A program made the translations under genes and the position numbers. A model generated the notes under the pieces. It was not told the DNA's origin and did not search any database. It was given only the letters and a program-made list of their open reading frames with translations. From NCBI GenBank assembly GCA_964529125.1, contig CAZGUN010000001.1, forward strand, positions 1-32,360: a stretch of 32,360 bases of DNA. Reading direction: 5' to 3'. Below, in pieces: positions 1 to 9,041 of this stretch; position 1 is the first letter of the stretch; every line of letters starts with the position of its first letter. Source of the stretch: an uncultured Candidatus Saccharibacteria bacterium. GTDB taxonomy: Bacteria > Patescibacteriota > WWE3 > UBA101185 > UBA10185.

Positions 1-327
1 GCGAACATTTTATATGCAGCTTTAGAGAGGCCTATTAGAAAATTGATTGAAAACGCAGGTGAAGATGCAAGAAAAATCTTAGCCGAACTTGAAAGACAAT
101 CCGGAAACGGAAAAAACGTAAATGTTGGATTTAACGTAATGACTTTAGAGTATGGGGACATGATAAAACATGGGATTGCTGATCCTGCAAAAGTTACACG
201 AAGCGCGATTCAAAATGCAGTTTCAGTTGCCATAATGATTTTAACCACAGAATGTTTGGTTGCCGATGCGCCAAAACCTGAAACGCCAATACCTCCAATG
301 GGTGGTGGAATGCCGGGGATGATGTAA
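1..327 (+). CDS. groEL: Chaperonin GroEL, C-terminal fragment (5' end lies outside the window)
   Basis: Frame 1 is open from base 1, so the track start at 43 is an internal TTG. The translation ...GIADPAKVTRSAIQNAVSVAIMILTTE...PPMGGGMPGMM* matches the conserved GroEL C-terminal equatorial segment and its Gly/Met-rich tail. Confidence 0.9.
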   Translation, partial: ANILYAALERPIRKLIENAGEDARKILAELERQSGNGKNVNVGFNVMTLEYGDMIKHGIADPAKVTRSAIQNAVSVAIMILTTECLVADAPKPETPIPPMGGGMPGMM

Positions 328-328
328 C

Positions 329-1267
329 CTACTCTACATTTAGGTTCTTGCTCTTAGCTTCCTCAAACCCACTCAAAATTCTCTCCGTATTATCAAACTT
401 ATTAAAATGAATTACCCCCTGTGTTGTTATCTCTGTTGTCTTTTTATCTTTCATGTACGCAAGTTGACTTCTATATGCCAGCTTCTCGAAAATGTTAACT
501 ATTCGATTATTCTTTTGCTTCACGGGTTTTAACTCGTATTGTGGCTCTTGTTGATTTCCAAAAAACTTAAAAACCCAATCATTTTCTTTTATGAATTTGA
601 AATATACTTGCTCTCTGTCAAAAAGGGGGTGCAACATTAAAATTTCATGGGCAACGTAAAGATTCCTACCTTTCCTGCTCCAAGCTAAGCTTTTATCGTC
701 CACAAAAATATTTGGACAGATCTTTTGGTTTGGGGTCTCATCAGTTCTGAGTTCGCCGAGAATTTTTAAAATTACAAACACAAACCCGCGAGTCAACCAC
801 AGTCGGTGTGTTTTAGAAATAATAAACAGGTCGATATCGTCATTTTTTGCTGCGTTAAAAGCCGCTACAGAGCCCGTTACACCAACGAGAAGTATCCATG
901 GTATTTTAGCTAGAATCTTTGCCGCCTTTTCGGCTTTGCCCAGCAACTCGCGACTATTATCAAATCTTTCTTTCCATGAAATCAGTTTTGTATCGGTTAG
1001 GCTGTAGTTGCCATATGTTTTTATAACTTTCTTTTCTTGGACTAACTTCTTAAGCGATCTTCGGATAATTTTCTGGGAAGTTCTTCTTTTTGTAAGAAGT
1101 GATGTGTTTAACTGATAGAAAGTTAACGGGTAATTGAAAATGTGTCTGTAACTTAAAGTTTCTAAAATTGCATCCTCAATCTTACCTGTAGCAACCGGTT
1201 GCGTAATCCTTTTCTTTTTTCCTTTTCTGAAGTACTTACGATTATTCTGTGGCATCCAAAACCTCAT
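329..1267 (-). CDS. Pol-beta-type nucleotidyltransferase-domain protein with a basic, winged-helix-like N-terminus
   Basis: 312-aa ORF. GVTGSVAAFNAAKNDDIDLFI fits the G-S-x(9-13)-D-x-D nucleotidyltransferase signature. It overlaps the rnhA 3' end by 26 nt, and an alternative ATG lies at 1255. Assignment is by motif only. Confidence 0.5.
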   Translation of the reverse strand: MRFWMPQNNRKYFRKGKKKRITQPVATGKIEDAILETLSYRHIFNYPLTFYQLNTSLLTKRRTSQKIIRRSLKKLVQEKKVIKTYGNYSLTDTKLISWKERFDNSRELLGKAEKAAKILAKIPWILLVGVTGSVAAFNAAKNDDIDLFIISKTHRLWLTRGFVFVILKILGELRTDETPNQKICPNIFVDDKSLAWSRKGRNLYVAHEILMLHPLFDREQVYFKFIKENDWVFKFFGNQQEPQYELKPVKQKNNRIVNIFEKLAYRSQLAYMKDKKTTEITTQGVIHFNKFDNTERILSGFEEAKSKNLNVE

Positions 1268-1643
1268 TTACTAATTTATCTGCGTGTGCGTTCTTTTCTC
1301 TTCGAACATGAAAAAACTCTACTTTTTTAAACGCCCTAACCAAAACCTGAACCTCTTCCCAAAGTTTCTTGAGATTTTGGTTTTTCACTTTGTAATTACC
1401 GTTTAATTGCTCGACAACAAGAAGGCTATCTAGGTAGACGCTTACTTCGGTTGCGTTGGTACCGTTGGCTGCCTCCAAGCCCAATATAAGTGCTTTATAT
1501 TCAGCTTCGTTATTAGTGCAAACTCCAAAAAAGGTACCTAATTCCTTTACTACGCGCCCTTTGTGGTCCATTAAAACGATTCCGCCGGCTCCAGGCCCGG
1601 GATTTCCTCTAGCTCCACCATCTGTATGCAACTTCATTTTCAT
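1242..1643 (-). CDS. rnhA: Ribonuclease HI
   Basis: 133 aa with RNase H signatures: LHTDGGARGNPGPGAGG, NNEAEYKALILGLE, YLDSLLVV and NAHADKLVN, which supply the D-E-D-D catalytic residues. Confidence 0.8.
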   Translation of the reverse strand: MKMKLHTDGGARGNPGPGAGGIVLMDHKGRVVKELGTFFGVCTNNEAEYKALILGLEAANGTNATEVSVYLDSLLVVEQLNGNYKVKNQNLKKLWEEVQVLVRAFKKVEFFHVRREKNAHADKLVNEVLDATE

Positions 1644-2260
1644 GAGAGGTACTCTTTAAGAGCAGCGACAAAACTTCCTAGAAATAAACCAAGGGTTAGG
1701 CCAACCAAAATATCAACATACAAATTGTTGAAAGTTTCGTAAACTACCGGTTCCCAGCTTATTTGCCAAACCTCAATCAAAGGGTCACCAGCAGATTCAG
1801 TATTTATAGCGGAAGTGTTTATCGCAACATTTGAAAAAGTTTGCCAAACTTTCTTCGCTGATTCAGGATCTGCAGCTTTTACTGTTAGCGTGACGATTTG
1901 TGGAGCGGTTTTCCTTACATCTATAATTCTAGCTGCTTTCCTCAAGCTAGCTTCGTTAACCTCTACCAGCATGGATTCCAGAACAAGCTTTCTTACGTCC
2001 ACGCTCTCAAGAAGCCCAATGAAAGTCTCGGTGTAGTTTGTACCAGCCTGCTGAGCGTAGTAGCCTTCGTAAGTAAAATCACCTTGAGGTGGATTTTCAC
2101 TAATTATCCTGGCTACATAAAAACTACCAACTGCTTTATAGGATTTTGGGTAGTAGTAATAAAAAGCGGCGCCCAAAACGCCAAAAACCAAGCCAAAAAC
2201 AAGAATTAGGGCCAAATGCTTTCGGAAAGTTTGAATGAGTGTTTTTAGTTCCATTAGCAA
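1640..2260 (-). CDS. Wzz/YveK-like polysaccharide co-polymerase (chain-length determinant) membrane protein
   Basis: 206 aa. An N-terminal TM (LALILVFGLVFGVLGAAFYYYY) and a C-terminal TM (ILVGLTLGLFLGSFVAAL) flank a soluble loop of about 150 aa. It overlaps rnhA by 4 nt. Confidence 0.55.
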   Translation of the reverse strand: MLMELKTLIQTFRKHLALILVFGLVFGVLGAAFYYYYPKSYKAVGSFYVARIISENPPQGDFTYEGYYAQQAGTNYTETFIGLLESVDVRKLVLESMLVEVNEASLRKAARIIDVRKTAPQIVTLTVKAADPESAKKVWQTFSNVAINTSAINTESAGDPLIEVWQISWEPVVYETFNNLYVDILVGLTLGLFLGSFVAALKEYLS

Positions 2261-2364
2261 CGATTATAGCGCATGTCCTCAACCTCGCGTAAGTTGGTGG
2301 CGGAACGCTTACCCGTGGCTTAAAATCAGACTCTTAGATATACTTACACCAAGGAAAGCTGCCC

Positions 2365-5300
2365 GTGGCAATAAAAGAACAGGTTATTAAAAAATCTGCC
2401 CTGTCCCCCACTGTTTTAATCGCTGGAGGAGCTGGCTTTATAGGATCTCATCTATCGCAAGCGTTGTTACAACGCGACGCGCGAGTTATTGTTTTAGACA
2501 ACTTCAAAACCGGAAAAGATGTATACATAAACTCTTTGCTGGAAAACCCAAAGTTTGCGGTTTTTGATACCGATATTAACGAAGGTTTACCCAAAAATAT
2601 TCAAAGTGTCGATTACATAATTCATTTGGCGGGCGTGGAGTCCTACTTGTATACCCACGACGCTGTAAGTTTAGATTCCTTGCTCACAAGTACTCTTGGG
2701 ACTAAAAATTTGCTTGACCTTGCGCACAAATCTGAAGCAAAGTTCTTGCTTGTTTCCTCAGTTGATGTTTTACAGGCTCAACCTTCACCAATTGATTTGG
2801 ACAGCTACTTCGGCGAGACTTTGGAAGAAGAAAAAAGATATTCGCTAAGTGAGGCAAAAAGATTCGCGGAAGCTTTGGTCTGGGAATATTACAAAAACAA
2901 TCAAACTGATGTTCGTATCGCAAGACTTCCTGAGGTGTACGGTCCGCGAATGAACCTTGCTTCAACCGGAAACTTAGGCCACCTGCTTAAGAATTTGCTT
3001 GAAAACAAAAGCCTGGAAGTTTACGGCGATGGGACCGAAAGAGAATATTACCTTCACATTTCCGACGCAATCTCGGGACTAATTAAATCTTTATTTAATA
3101 AAGGTACGGACGGGAAAATCTTTACTTTAGCTCCCGAGGAACCACATGCAGTTTTGGAAATTGCCTATTTACTAAAAAGTGTTGCGGACGGAAGAACTCA
3201 AATTGATTTTAAACGAAAGGGCACGGGCGAAAGTTTCTTTTCGACAAAAGTGCTGGATAGAACCGATCTGGATGTTTTGAGATGGGAACCAAAAATTGAC
3301 TTTAAGCAGGGTTTAACCCAAACATTGGAATGGTTTGGCTACGAAACCAACGAACATAGCTTTAAGCCCAATAAATTAATTCAAAAAAGAAAAGATGAAA
3401 AGGCCGAGCAAAGAGGCATGTTAGTGTCAACTTTGGTTGGAGCAAAGGATACAGCAGTCGAGAGAATAACCCAACTTGTTTCCGACGCGGAGGAATTTGT
3501 TGAGGAAAGGCTTGAGGTAAAAACAAAGTTTAAGAAAAAAAGGGCTTCGCTACCGCAATTTAGCCAACGCGTAGGAATTATTATTGGAATTTCCGTTGCC
3601 TTATTTATCTTTGTTTTATTGCCCTTTATACAAACCGGCATAAACGCGAGTCTTGGAGTTTCCGCACTTAAGAAAATTCCGCAGGATTTAAGCCAGATGG
3701 ACGCAGAGAAGGCAAAAAGTGACGCCAACTCCTCGTTCCAAAAGCTCCATAGCTCACAATCTTCTCTTGCAAGGTCAAGGTGGCTTTTTGCTGCGGCGGG
3801 CAAACAGGAAACTTTTTCTTCTTACGCGGCATTACTTTCGTCAGCGACTCATTTCGCAAGAGGAACTTACTACATTTCAAAAGCGGCCATGCCCTTTACG
3901 CAAATTTGGGAAACCATAAAACCAAACTCAGGCCTTCAACTTGATGAAAATGCTTTTGTAAACGCACAAGCTAATTTAACCGAGGCTAAAAACAGTTTGC
4001 AAAGGGCTCAGGCCGATTACAAGCGTGTAAATCAAAACGCGCTAACAAAAAACCTTTCGGCAAAAGCGACCGAATACGAAAATGTATTGAATTCCTTAAC
4101 AAAGCATGTTGATGATGCGGCGGTACTTTCGTCAGAAATTCCAGACCTGTTTGGGACGAAGGACGAAATGAAAAGGTATTTAATTTTGTTTCAAAACTCC
4201 AATGAAATACGCCCAACTGGTGGTTTTATAGGTTCATACGCCCTAGTTGAGGTTCAAAATGGAAAAATTATAAACCTTACTATTGATGATATTTACAATC
4301 CAGACGGCCAGATTGATGCTCAAAATATAGAAGTTGCGCCGCCTGCGGTTTTGGGTGAGCTGTTGGATGAAGACCGGGCTTACCTTAGAAACTCAAACTG
4401 GAACCCTAATTTTCCGGAAAGTGCCGCAATTATAAAAAGTCTTTACGAACAGGTTAGCGGAAAAAGAATCGATGGGGTTGCCGCGGTTGATTTGTACTTT
4501 GCAGAAAATATTTTACGCGTAACCGGCCCGGTGTTTCTAACCGCCTTTGGCGAAGAAATAACCGCGGACAATCTTTACGAACGCACTCAGTTTCATAGCG
4601 AATTTAATTACGAAAACGGATCGACACAAAAGAAAGTGTTTCTGACAATTTTCGGCGGAAAACTTCTTGAAGCAATTTTTGCCCTTCCAAATGAGAAAAT
4701 GCCCGACTTACTTCGTGAAATAAACAAAGCTTTAGAAAAAAAGCATCTGTTGCTAACCCTTTCGGGAAGCTCTTTTAACGCGGTTCTTGAGGAAAATAAC
4801 TGGGATGGGGGTCTTGCGGACACTGAGGCTGGAAATTCTGATTATTTATACGTGGTTAATTCAAATGTAGGCGGGACAAAAGCAAACTATTTTGTGCAAA
4901 ACCAAATGTCGTATACGGTTACTTCTCAAACGCGGGACGGACTTTTGAGAGGAATCCTGGTTCTCAACTATAATCACACTGGAAAAGATATGGCCTGGCC
5001 GGGAGGGCCATATAAAGATTACGTTCGCGTGCTAACTCAAACCGGAACAAACCTAACCGGAGCAACTCTTGCGGTAAACGGAACCACTACCGATATTTTT
5101 GAAGGAGTGGTCATAGATAGGGTGCAAAACTACAATTCTTTTGAAACGCTTTTGGAACTTAATCCTCAAGAAAGCGCCCAGCTTACGCTGTACTACGATT
5201 TGCCGGCGCCTCTAAGCATAAACAGCCAAAATGAAGAATATAGCCTCTACTGGCAAAAGCAGCCCGGAACCAGGGCGGATCAGGTAATATTCCGGTTTGA

Positions 5301-5394
5301 GCCGCCGTTTGGCCTAAAAGCGGACGGTAAAAACCAGGTTTTGCTTGAGGAAAGCTTATCTACAGACAAAATCTTCCGCCTGAGCCTGGAATAG
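2365..5394 (+). CDS. Fusion protein: extended-SDR NAD-dependent epimerase/dehydratase-like domain, one TM helix, then a DUF4012 ectodomain
   Basis: 1009-aa ORF with a GTG start preceded by AAGGAAAG. The Rossmann motif VLIAGGAGFIGSHL and the UXS/GalE-like segments (VIVLDNF, RIARLPEVYGPRM, YGDGTEREY) sit at about 2404..3342. The TM VGIIIGISVALFIFVLLPFI is at about 3571..3630. QNSNEIRPTGGFIGSY (4192..4239) is the DUF4012 signature as I recall it. Confidence 0.75.
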   Translation: MAIKEQVIKKSALSPTVLIAGGAGFIGSHLSQALLQRDARVIVLDNFKTGKDVYINSLLENPKFAVFDTDINEGLPKNIQSVDYIIHLAGVESYLYTHDAVSLDSLLTSTLGTKNLLDLAHKSEAKFLLVSSVDVLQAQPSPIDLDSYFGETLEEEKRYSLSEAKRFAEALVWEYYKNNQTDVRIARLPEVYGPRMNLASTGNLGHLLKNLLENKSLEVYGDGTEREYYLHISDAISGLIKSLFNKGTDGKIFTLAPEEPHAVLEIAYLLKSVADGRTQIDFKRKGTGESFFSTKVLDRTDLDVLRWEPKIDFKQGLTQTLEWFGYETNEHSFKPNKLIQKRKDEKAEQRGMLVSTLVGAKDTAVERITQLVSDAEEFVEERLEVKTKFKKKRASLPQFSQRVGIIIGISVALFIFVLLPFIQTGINASLGVSALKKIPQDLSQMDAEKAKSDANSSFQKLHSSQSSLARSRWLFAAAGKQETFSSYAALLSSATHFARGTYYISKAAMPFTQIWETIKPNSGLQLDENAFVNAQANLTEAKNSLQRAQADYKRVNQNALTKNLSAKATEYENVLNSLTKHVDDAAVLSSEIPDLFGTKDEMKRYLILFQNSNEIRPTGGFIGSYALVEVQNGKIINLTIDDIYNPDGQIDAQNIEVAPPAVLGELLDEDRAYLRNSNWNPNFPESAAIIKSLYEQVSGKRIDGVAAVDLYFAENILRVTGPVFLTAFGEEITADNLYERTQFHSEFNYENGSTQKKVFLTIFGGKLLEAIFALPNEKMPDLLREINKALEKKHLLLTLSGSSFNAVLEENNWDGGLADTEAGNSDYLYVVNSNVGGTKANYFVQNQMSYTVTSQTRDGLLRGILVLNYNHTGKDMAWPGGPYKDYVRVLTQTGTNLTGATLAVNGTTTDIFEGVVIDRVQNYNSFETLLELNPQESAQLTLYYDLPAPLSINSQNEEYSLYWQKQPGTRADQVIFRFEPPFGLKADGKNQVLLEESLSTDKIFRLSLE

Positions 5395-5412
5395 GCTGGA
5401 ATAAAGCCCTTA

Positions 5413-5441
5413 TTGACCCTATAATGCCTATGAAGTAGAAT
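5413..5441 (+). promoter_or_regulatory. Putative sigma70-type promoter (TTGACC-17 nt-TAGAAT)
   Basis: TTGACC lies at 5413..5418 and TAGAAT at 5436..5441 with a 17-nt spacer, in the 89-nt gap upstream of the 5484 ORF and rplY. Confidence 0.4.
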
Positions 5442-5483
5442 CGACTACGTTCGCGCGAGGAAACTGCCAGAAACCGCAAAGAC

Positions 5484-5864
5484 ATGATAGTAGAAAAACA
5501 TATCACCGAGCATCTATCTAAAACAAAATGTCATAAGTGCGGAATGAGCCTGGACGGAGCAAGACTGACTCCAATAAGTAAGGTTCCCCTAGCGCTTGTA
5601 GCCCACGCTGTATGCCAAAACTGTCTGGCCGAAAGCATTGTTACAATTACCCTGGCCGGAAGCGAAGCTATGTCGAGTTCGTCTGATTTGAAAGGTTCGG
5701 AACTTCAAAATTTTATAGGGCTTAAACCAACGTCTTACGAAGAGTTATTTGAACTGCACAGTAAATTAAAGAGAAAACCAATATGGAAATTGTTGCAACA
5801 AAACGAGAAGCACTCGGAAAGAAAAATAAAAAACTTAGAAGCGAAAGAAAAATCCCAGCCGTAG
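5484..5864 (+). CDS. Hypothetical small zinc-ribbon protein (CxxC...CxxC)
   Basis: 126-aa ORF with CHKCG and CQNC pairs 24 residues apart. It lies downstream of the predicted promoter. Its last 82 nt overlap rplY, so the true 3' end and the coding status are uncertain. Confidence 0.4.
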   Translation: MIVEKHITEHLSKTKCHKCGMSLDGARLTPISKVPLALVAHAVCQNCLAESIVTITLAGSEAMSSSSDLKGSELQNFIGLKPTSYEELFELHSKLKRKPIWKLLQQNEKHSERKIKNLEAKEKSQP

Positions 5865-6532
5865 TTTACGGTGAAGAAATCGAATCCACCATACTTACTA
5901 TTGGAGCTCACGACTTTATTAACGTATTCCGCGAGGCCGGCGAAACAGCCTTAATTGACTTAAAATACAACGACAGAAGCGAAAAGGTCCTTATTAAAGA
6001 GGTTCAGTTCAATCCTGTTGATCTAACTCCTATACACGTAAGTTTTCATAAAGTGAACTTGACCGAAAAAATTAAAGCCCATATTCCGGTTGAAATTGTG
6101 GGCGAGGCGGAAAGTCCGGTTGTAAAAAGCGGCGAGGGTTTGGTGTTGGTTCTGTTAAACGAAATAGAAGTTGAGGCTTTGCCTTCTGATTTACCGCAGA
6201 AGTTTGAGGTCAATGTTTCACACTTGGAAGCAATCGGCCAGAATGTTTTGGTTGGAGAATTAAAATACGATAAAGGTAAGGTTGAACTTTTAGGCGTAAC
6301 TTCCGAGGATATGGTGGTTAAAATAGACTACGCCGAAATGAAAGAAGAAGTTGAGGAAGAGGTTGTTGACGAAGCCGCGCTAATTGAAGGTATGGAAGTA
6401 ACTGGAGAAAAGCCTGAGGTTGAAGAAGGTGCGGAGGGTGAAGAAGGTACTGGAGAAAAGACCGAGGGTAAGGCAAAAGCCGAAGGTAAAACTGAAGAAA
6501 AAGGTAAGGAAACCCCAAGCGAAAAGAAGTAA
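5783..6532 (+). CDS. rplY: 50S ribosomal protein L25/Ctc with an acidic Glu/Lys-rich C-terminal tail
   Basis: The N-terminus REALGKKNKKLRSERKIPAVVYG is the L25/Ctc signature. A two-domain Ctc-length body follows, and the tail is rich in E/K/G. Confidence 0.85.
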   Translation: MEIVATKREALGKKNKKLRSERKIPAVVYGEEIESTILTIGAHDFINVFREAGETALIDLKYNDRSEKVLIKEVQFNPVDLTPIHVSFHKVNLTEKIKAHIPVEIVGEAESPVVKSGEGLVLVLLNEIEVEALPSDLPQKFEVNVSHLEAIGQNVLVGELKYDKGKVELLGVTSEDMVVKIDYAEMKEEVEEEVVDEAALIEGMEVTGEKPEVEEGAEGEEGTGEKTEGKAKAEGKTEEKGKETPSEKK

Positions 6533-6534
6533 AG

Positions 6535-8784
6535 CTAGTCTGCTTTAGCCCATGAAGAAGTAATTAGTGGGTCATTACCTTTCCCAGGAATATGACTCCA
6601 AATCTCTTCCGTCACAAAAGGCATAAACGGGTGTAAAAGCCTCAAACAACCCACCAGCACGTCCCTCAAAACACTCAACGCGACATCCTTATCTTCCCTA
6701 CCCTTAACCTGCTCGATATATTTGGCCGCAAGATCCTCCCACATAAAATGATAAATTGCCTCACTCGCATCAAAAAATCTGTATTTGTCTAAACTTTCGT
6801 CAACCACCTTTATTGTCTTATTTAATCCCGCAATAATTTCCACGTCTTCCTTCGACCACTTATCTTTTATTTGCTTGGCCCAGAGAATTTCGCCGCCGTT
6901 TTCTTTTTCGTGCTGTTCAAACATTAAATTCATGAATCTTGCCATGTTCCAGATTTTATTTGCGAAGTTTCTGTAGGCAATTACCTTATCTTTTGGAAAG
7001 GCAAAGTCTTTCCCGTTCGCAGTTCCTGCAATTAAGCCCATTCTCAAGGCATCCGTGCCGTATTCATTTCGGAATTCTTCGGGGTTAATTACGTTGCCCA
7101 ATGACTTGCTCATTTTCTTTCCGTCTAAAGCGCGCACCAATCCGTGCAAGTACACATCTTTAAACGGAGGCTTGCCTGTTAGGTAAATTCCAAACATTAT
7201 CATTCGGCTTACCCACAAGCGAATTATTTCCCAACCGGTTTCTAAAACATCCATTGGATAAAAATATTTAAAATCTTCGGAATTAGGATACCCCAACGTT
7301 ACCAATGGCCACTGACCACTTGAAAACCAAGTATCAAAAGTGTCGGTTTCAGGAAGGAAATTTCCCGCGGGCTTTTCTTTACCAATTACATATTTCGAAT
7401 CCTTCGGAGCAAGAAGTGTCTGAAGTCCCGCTTCAATTTCCTCAAACAGGTACTTGTCCAGAAGTTCTCCAATTTTTCCGGTTACAACTTCGCCTGATTT
7501 TGCCAAGAAATTAATGTTTAGCTCGGGGTTTTCATCCGCACTATACCAAACTGGAATTCTAATTCCCCACACCACTTGTCTTGAAATTGGCCAATCGCGC
7601 ATCTGTTCCATCCAGCGTGTGTAGGTTATTTGCTGCCACTGCGGATAAATCTTCACGTCGCCCTTTAATACAGCCTCCAGAGCCGGCTTTTTTAAGCTTT
7701 CCACCCTCACAAACCAGTTAGGCAAAACTGTAGGCTCTATATCGTGCCCTGCCTTACACAAACTTATCGTGTGTGAGTAATGCTCATCTACTTTAACAAT
7801 TAATCCTCTCTCGTTAAGTACTTCCACGATTTGCTTGCGAGCTTCGGCAACCTTAAGACCAGCGTATTTTCCTGCCTTTTGATTAAGCCTACCGTTTAAA
7901 TCTATTACCGGCTTTATTTCTAGGTTGTGTCGAAGCCCGGCTTCGTAGTCATTTTTATCGTGGGCTGGTGTAACTTTTACAACACCTGTACCGAATTTTG
8001 GATCAACATAAGAATCTGCAATAACCAAAAGCTTAAACGACCCATCTAATCCCTCAACCTCAATTTCTTTTCCTACATACTCCTTGTAACGCTCGTCATC
8101 CGGGTGCACAGCTACTGCTGTATCGCCAAATTTTGTTTCTGGGCGAACTGTAGCCAAAACAAAGGGTCCATATTTCATATAGTACAGCGGGTCTTCTCTT
8201 TCAATATGTGTTATTTCTGCATCGGCAAAAGTTGTTCCACATTTAGGGCAAAAGTTGACCATATAGTTGTCTTTGTAGATAAGTCCCTCTTTGTGCATTT
8301 TTTCGAAAGTACTATAAACGGTGTTTATGACTTTCTCGTCTAAAGTAAATGTATATCGCGACCAATCAACACTCGCGCCCATTTCGCGAATTTGCTGCTC
8401 TATCTGGCTTTTATTTTTCTGTACAAAATCCCAAATCTTTTGATAAAGAGTCTGACGATCAAAATCACGGCGGGACTTGTCTTCCTTTGCAAGTTCGCGC
8501 TCAAAAGTAATTTGGGTTTCAAAACCCGCATGATCAGTTCCAGGAATCCAAAGCGCGCTAAAGCCTTTCATTCTTTTCCAGCGAATTAAAAGGTCTTCAA
8601 TTGCAATCATTAAAATGTTTCCTGTATGCATCTTTCCACTGGCGTTTGGAGGAGGTAAAACAATTGTGTATGGCTTTTTATTAGGGTCGGACTCAGCTTT
8701 AAAATAACCCCCATCTTCCCACATCTTATAGATACGAGCTTCTACTTCTTTATGATCGTATTTTTTTTCCATTTCTTTACTCAT
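6535..8784 (-). CDS. valS: Valyl-tRNA synthetase (short form without a C-terminal coiled-coil)
   Basis: 749 aa. Supporting motifs are PPPNASGKMHTGN (HIGH region), DTWFSSGQWP, GWEIIRLWVSRMIMFG and LDGKKMSKSLGNVI (KMSKS). Confidence 0.9.
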   Translation of the reverse strand: MSKEMEKKYDHKEVEARIYKMWEDGGYFKAESDPNKKPYTIVLPPPNASGKMHTGNILMIAIEDLLIRWKRMKGFSALWIPGTDHAGFETQITFERELAKEDKSRRDFDRQTLYQKIWDFVQKNKSQIEQQIREMGASVDWSRYTFTLDEKVINTVYSTFEKMHKEGLIYKDNYMVNFCPKCGTTFADAEITHIEREDPLYYMKYGPFVLATVRPETKFGDTAVAVHPDDERYKEYVGKEIEVEGLDGSFKLLVIADSYVDPKFGTGVVKVTPAHDKNDYEAGLRHNLEIKPVIDLNGRLNQKAGKYAGLKVAEARKQIVEVLNERGLIVKVDEHYSHTISLCKAGHDIEPTVLPNWFVRVESLKKPALEAVLKGDVKIYPQWQQITYTRWMEQMRDWPISRQVVWGIRIPVWYSADENPELNINFLAKSGEVVTGKIGELLDKYLFEEIEAGLQTLLAPKDSKYVIGKEKPAGNFLPETDTFDTWFSSGQWPLVTLGYPNSEDFKYFYPMDVLETGWEIIRLWVSRMIMFGIYLTGKPPFKDVYLHGLVRALDGKKMSKSLGNVINPEEFRNEYGTDALRMGLIAGTANGKDFAFPKDKVIAYRNFANKIWNMARFMNLMFEQHEKENGGEILWAKQIKDKWSKEDVEIIAGLNKTIKVVDESLDKYRFFDASEAIYHFMWEDLAAKYIEQVKGREDKDVALSVLRDVLVGCLRLLHPFMPFVTEEIWSHIPGKGNDPLITSSWAKAD

Positions 8785-8992
8785 CTACAAGTTGCCCTTC
8801 AATAATTCTGCCTTTTGTTTCTTTTTCAGCCTTTTGAAATTTTCTGTATCTAATAAAAAGTGTTGCTAACAAAACTAAAATATCGTCACCGAAACCAAAA
8901 GCTGGAATAATGTCCGGAATAAAGTCTAGAGGTAAAAAGAAATAAATAATTGCCATTATTAAAAGCCAATTTTTCTTTATAAAGTCCTTCAT
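8777..8992 (-). CDS. DUF1232 (YkvA-like) small membrane protein
   Basis: 71 aa. YFFLPLDFIPDIIPAFGFGDDILV matches the DUF1232 pattern (P-x-D-x-I-P-D...G-x-x-D-D). It overlaps the valS start by 8 nt. Confidence 0.7.
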   Translation of the reverse strand: MKDFIKKNWLLIMAIIYFFLPLDFIPDIIPAFGFGDDILVLLATLFIRYRKFQKAEKETKGRIIEGQLVDE

Positions 8993-9041
8993 AGCCCCTT
9001 TATACTACCAGTAAATGCTGATTTCGTGCTAAATTATCCAC

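Noticed and set aside
2261-2364. Possible small RNA or tRNA genes in the larger intergenic gaps (2261..2364, 5395..5483, 17738..18022).
   Set aside because: I found no T-loop-like GTTCRAATC motif, no cloverleaf-compatible pairing and no CRISPR-like repeats. These gaps are better explained as divergent promoter or origin regions.
1456-5000. Many 60-140-aa ORFs opposite or out of frame within rnhA, the Wzz-like gene and the SDR-DUF4012 gene (for example 1456..1659, 1815..2209, 2702..2965, 3381..3880, 3986..4216, 4608..4823).
   Set aside because: All overlap longer ORFs that carry recognisable family motifs. They have no start context or motifs of their own, so I treat them as shadow ORFs.
6340-6529. 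A repetitive-looking GAA/GAG/GGT/AAG-rich stretch at the 3' end of rplY, considered as a possible tandem repeat.
   Set aside because: It encodes the in-frame acidic E/K/G-rich tail of the Ctc-type L25. This is low-complexity coding sequence rather than a discrete DNA repeat element.
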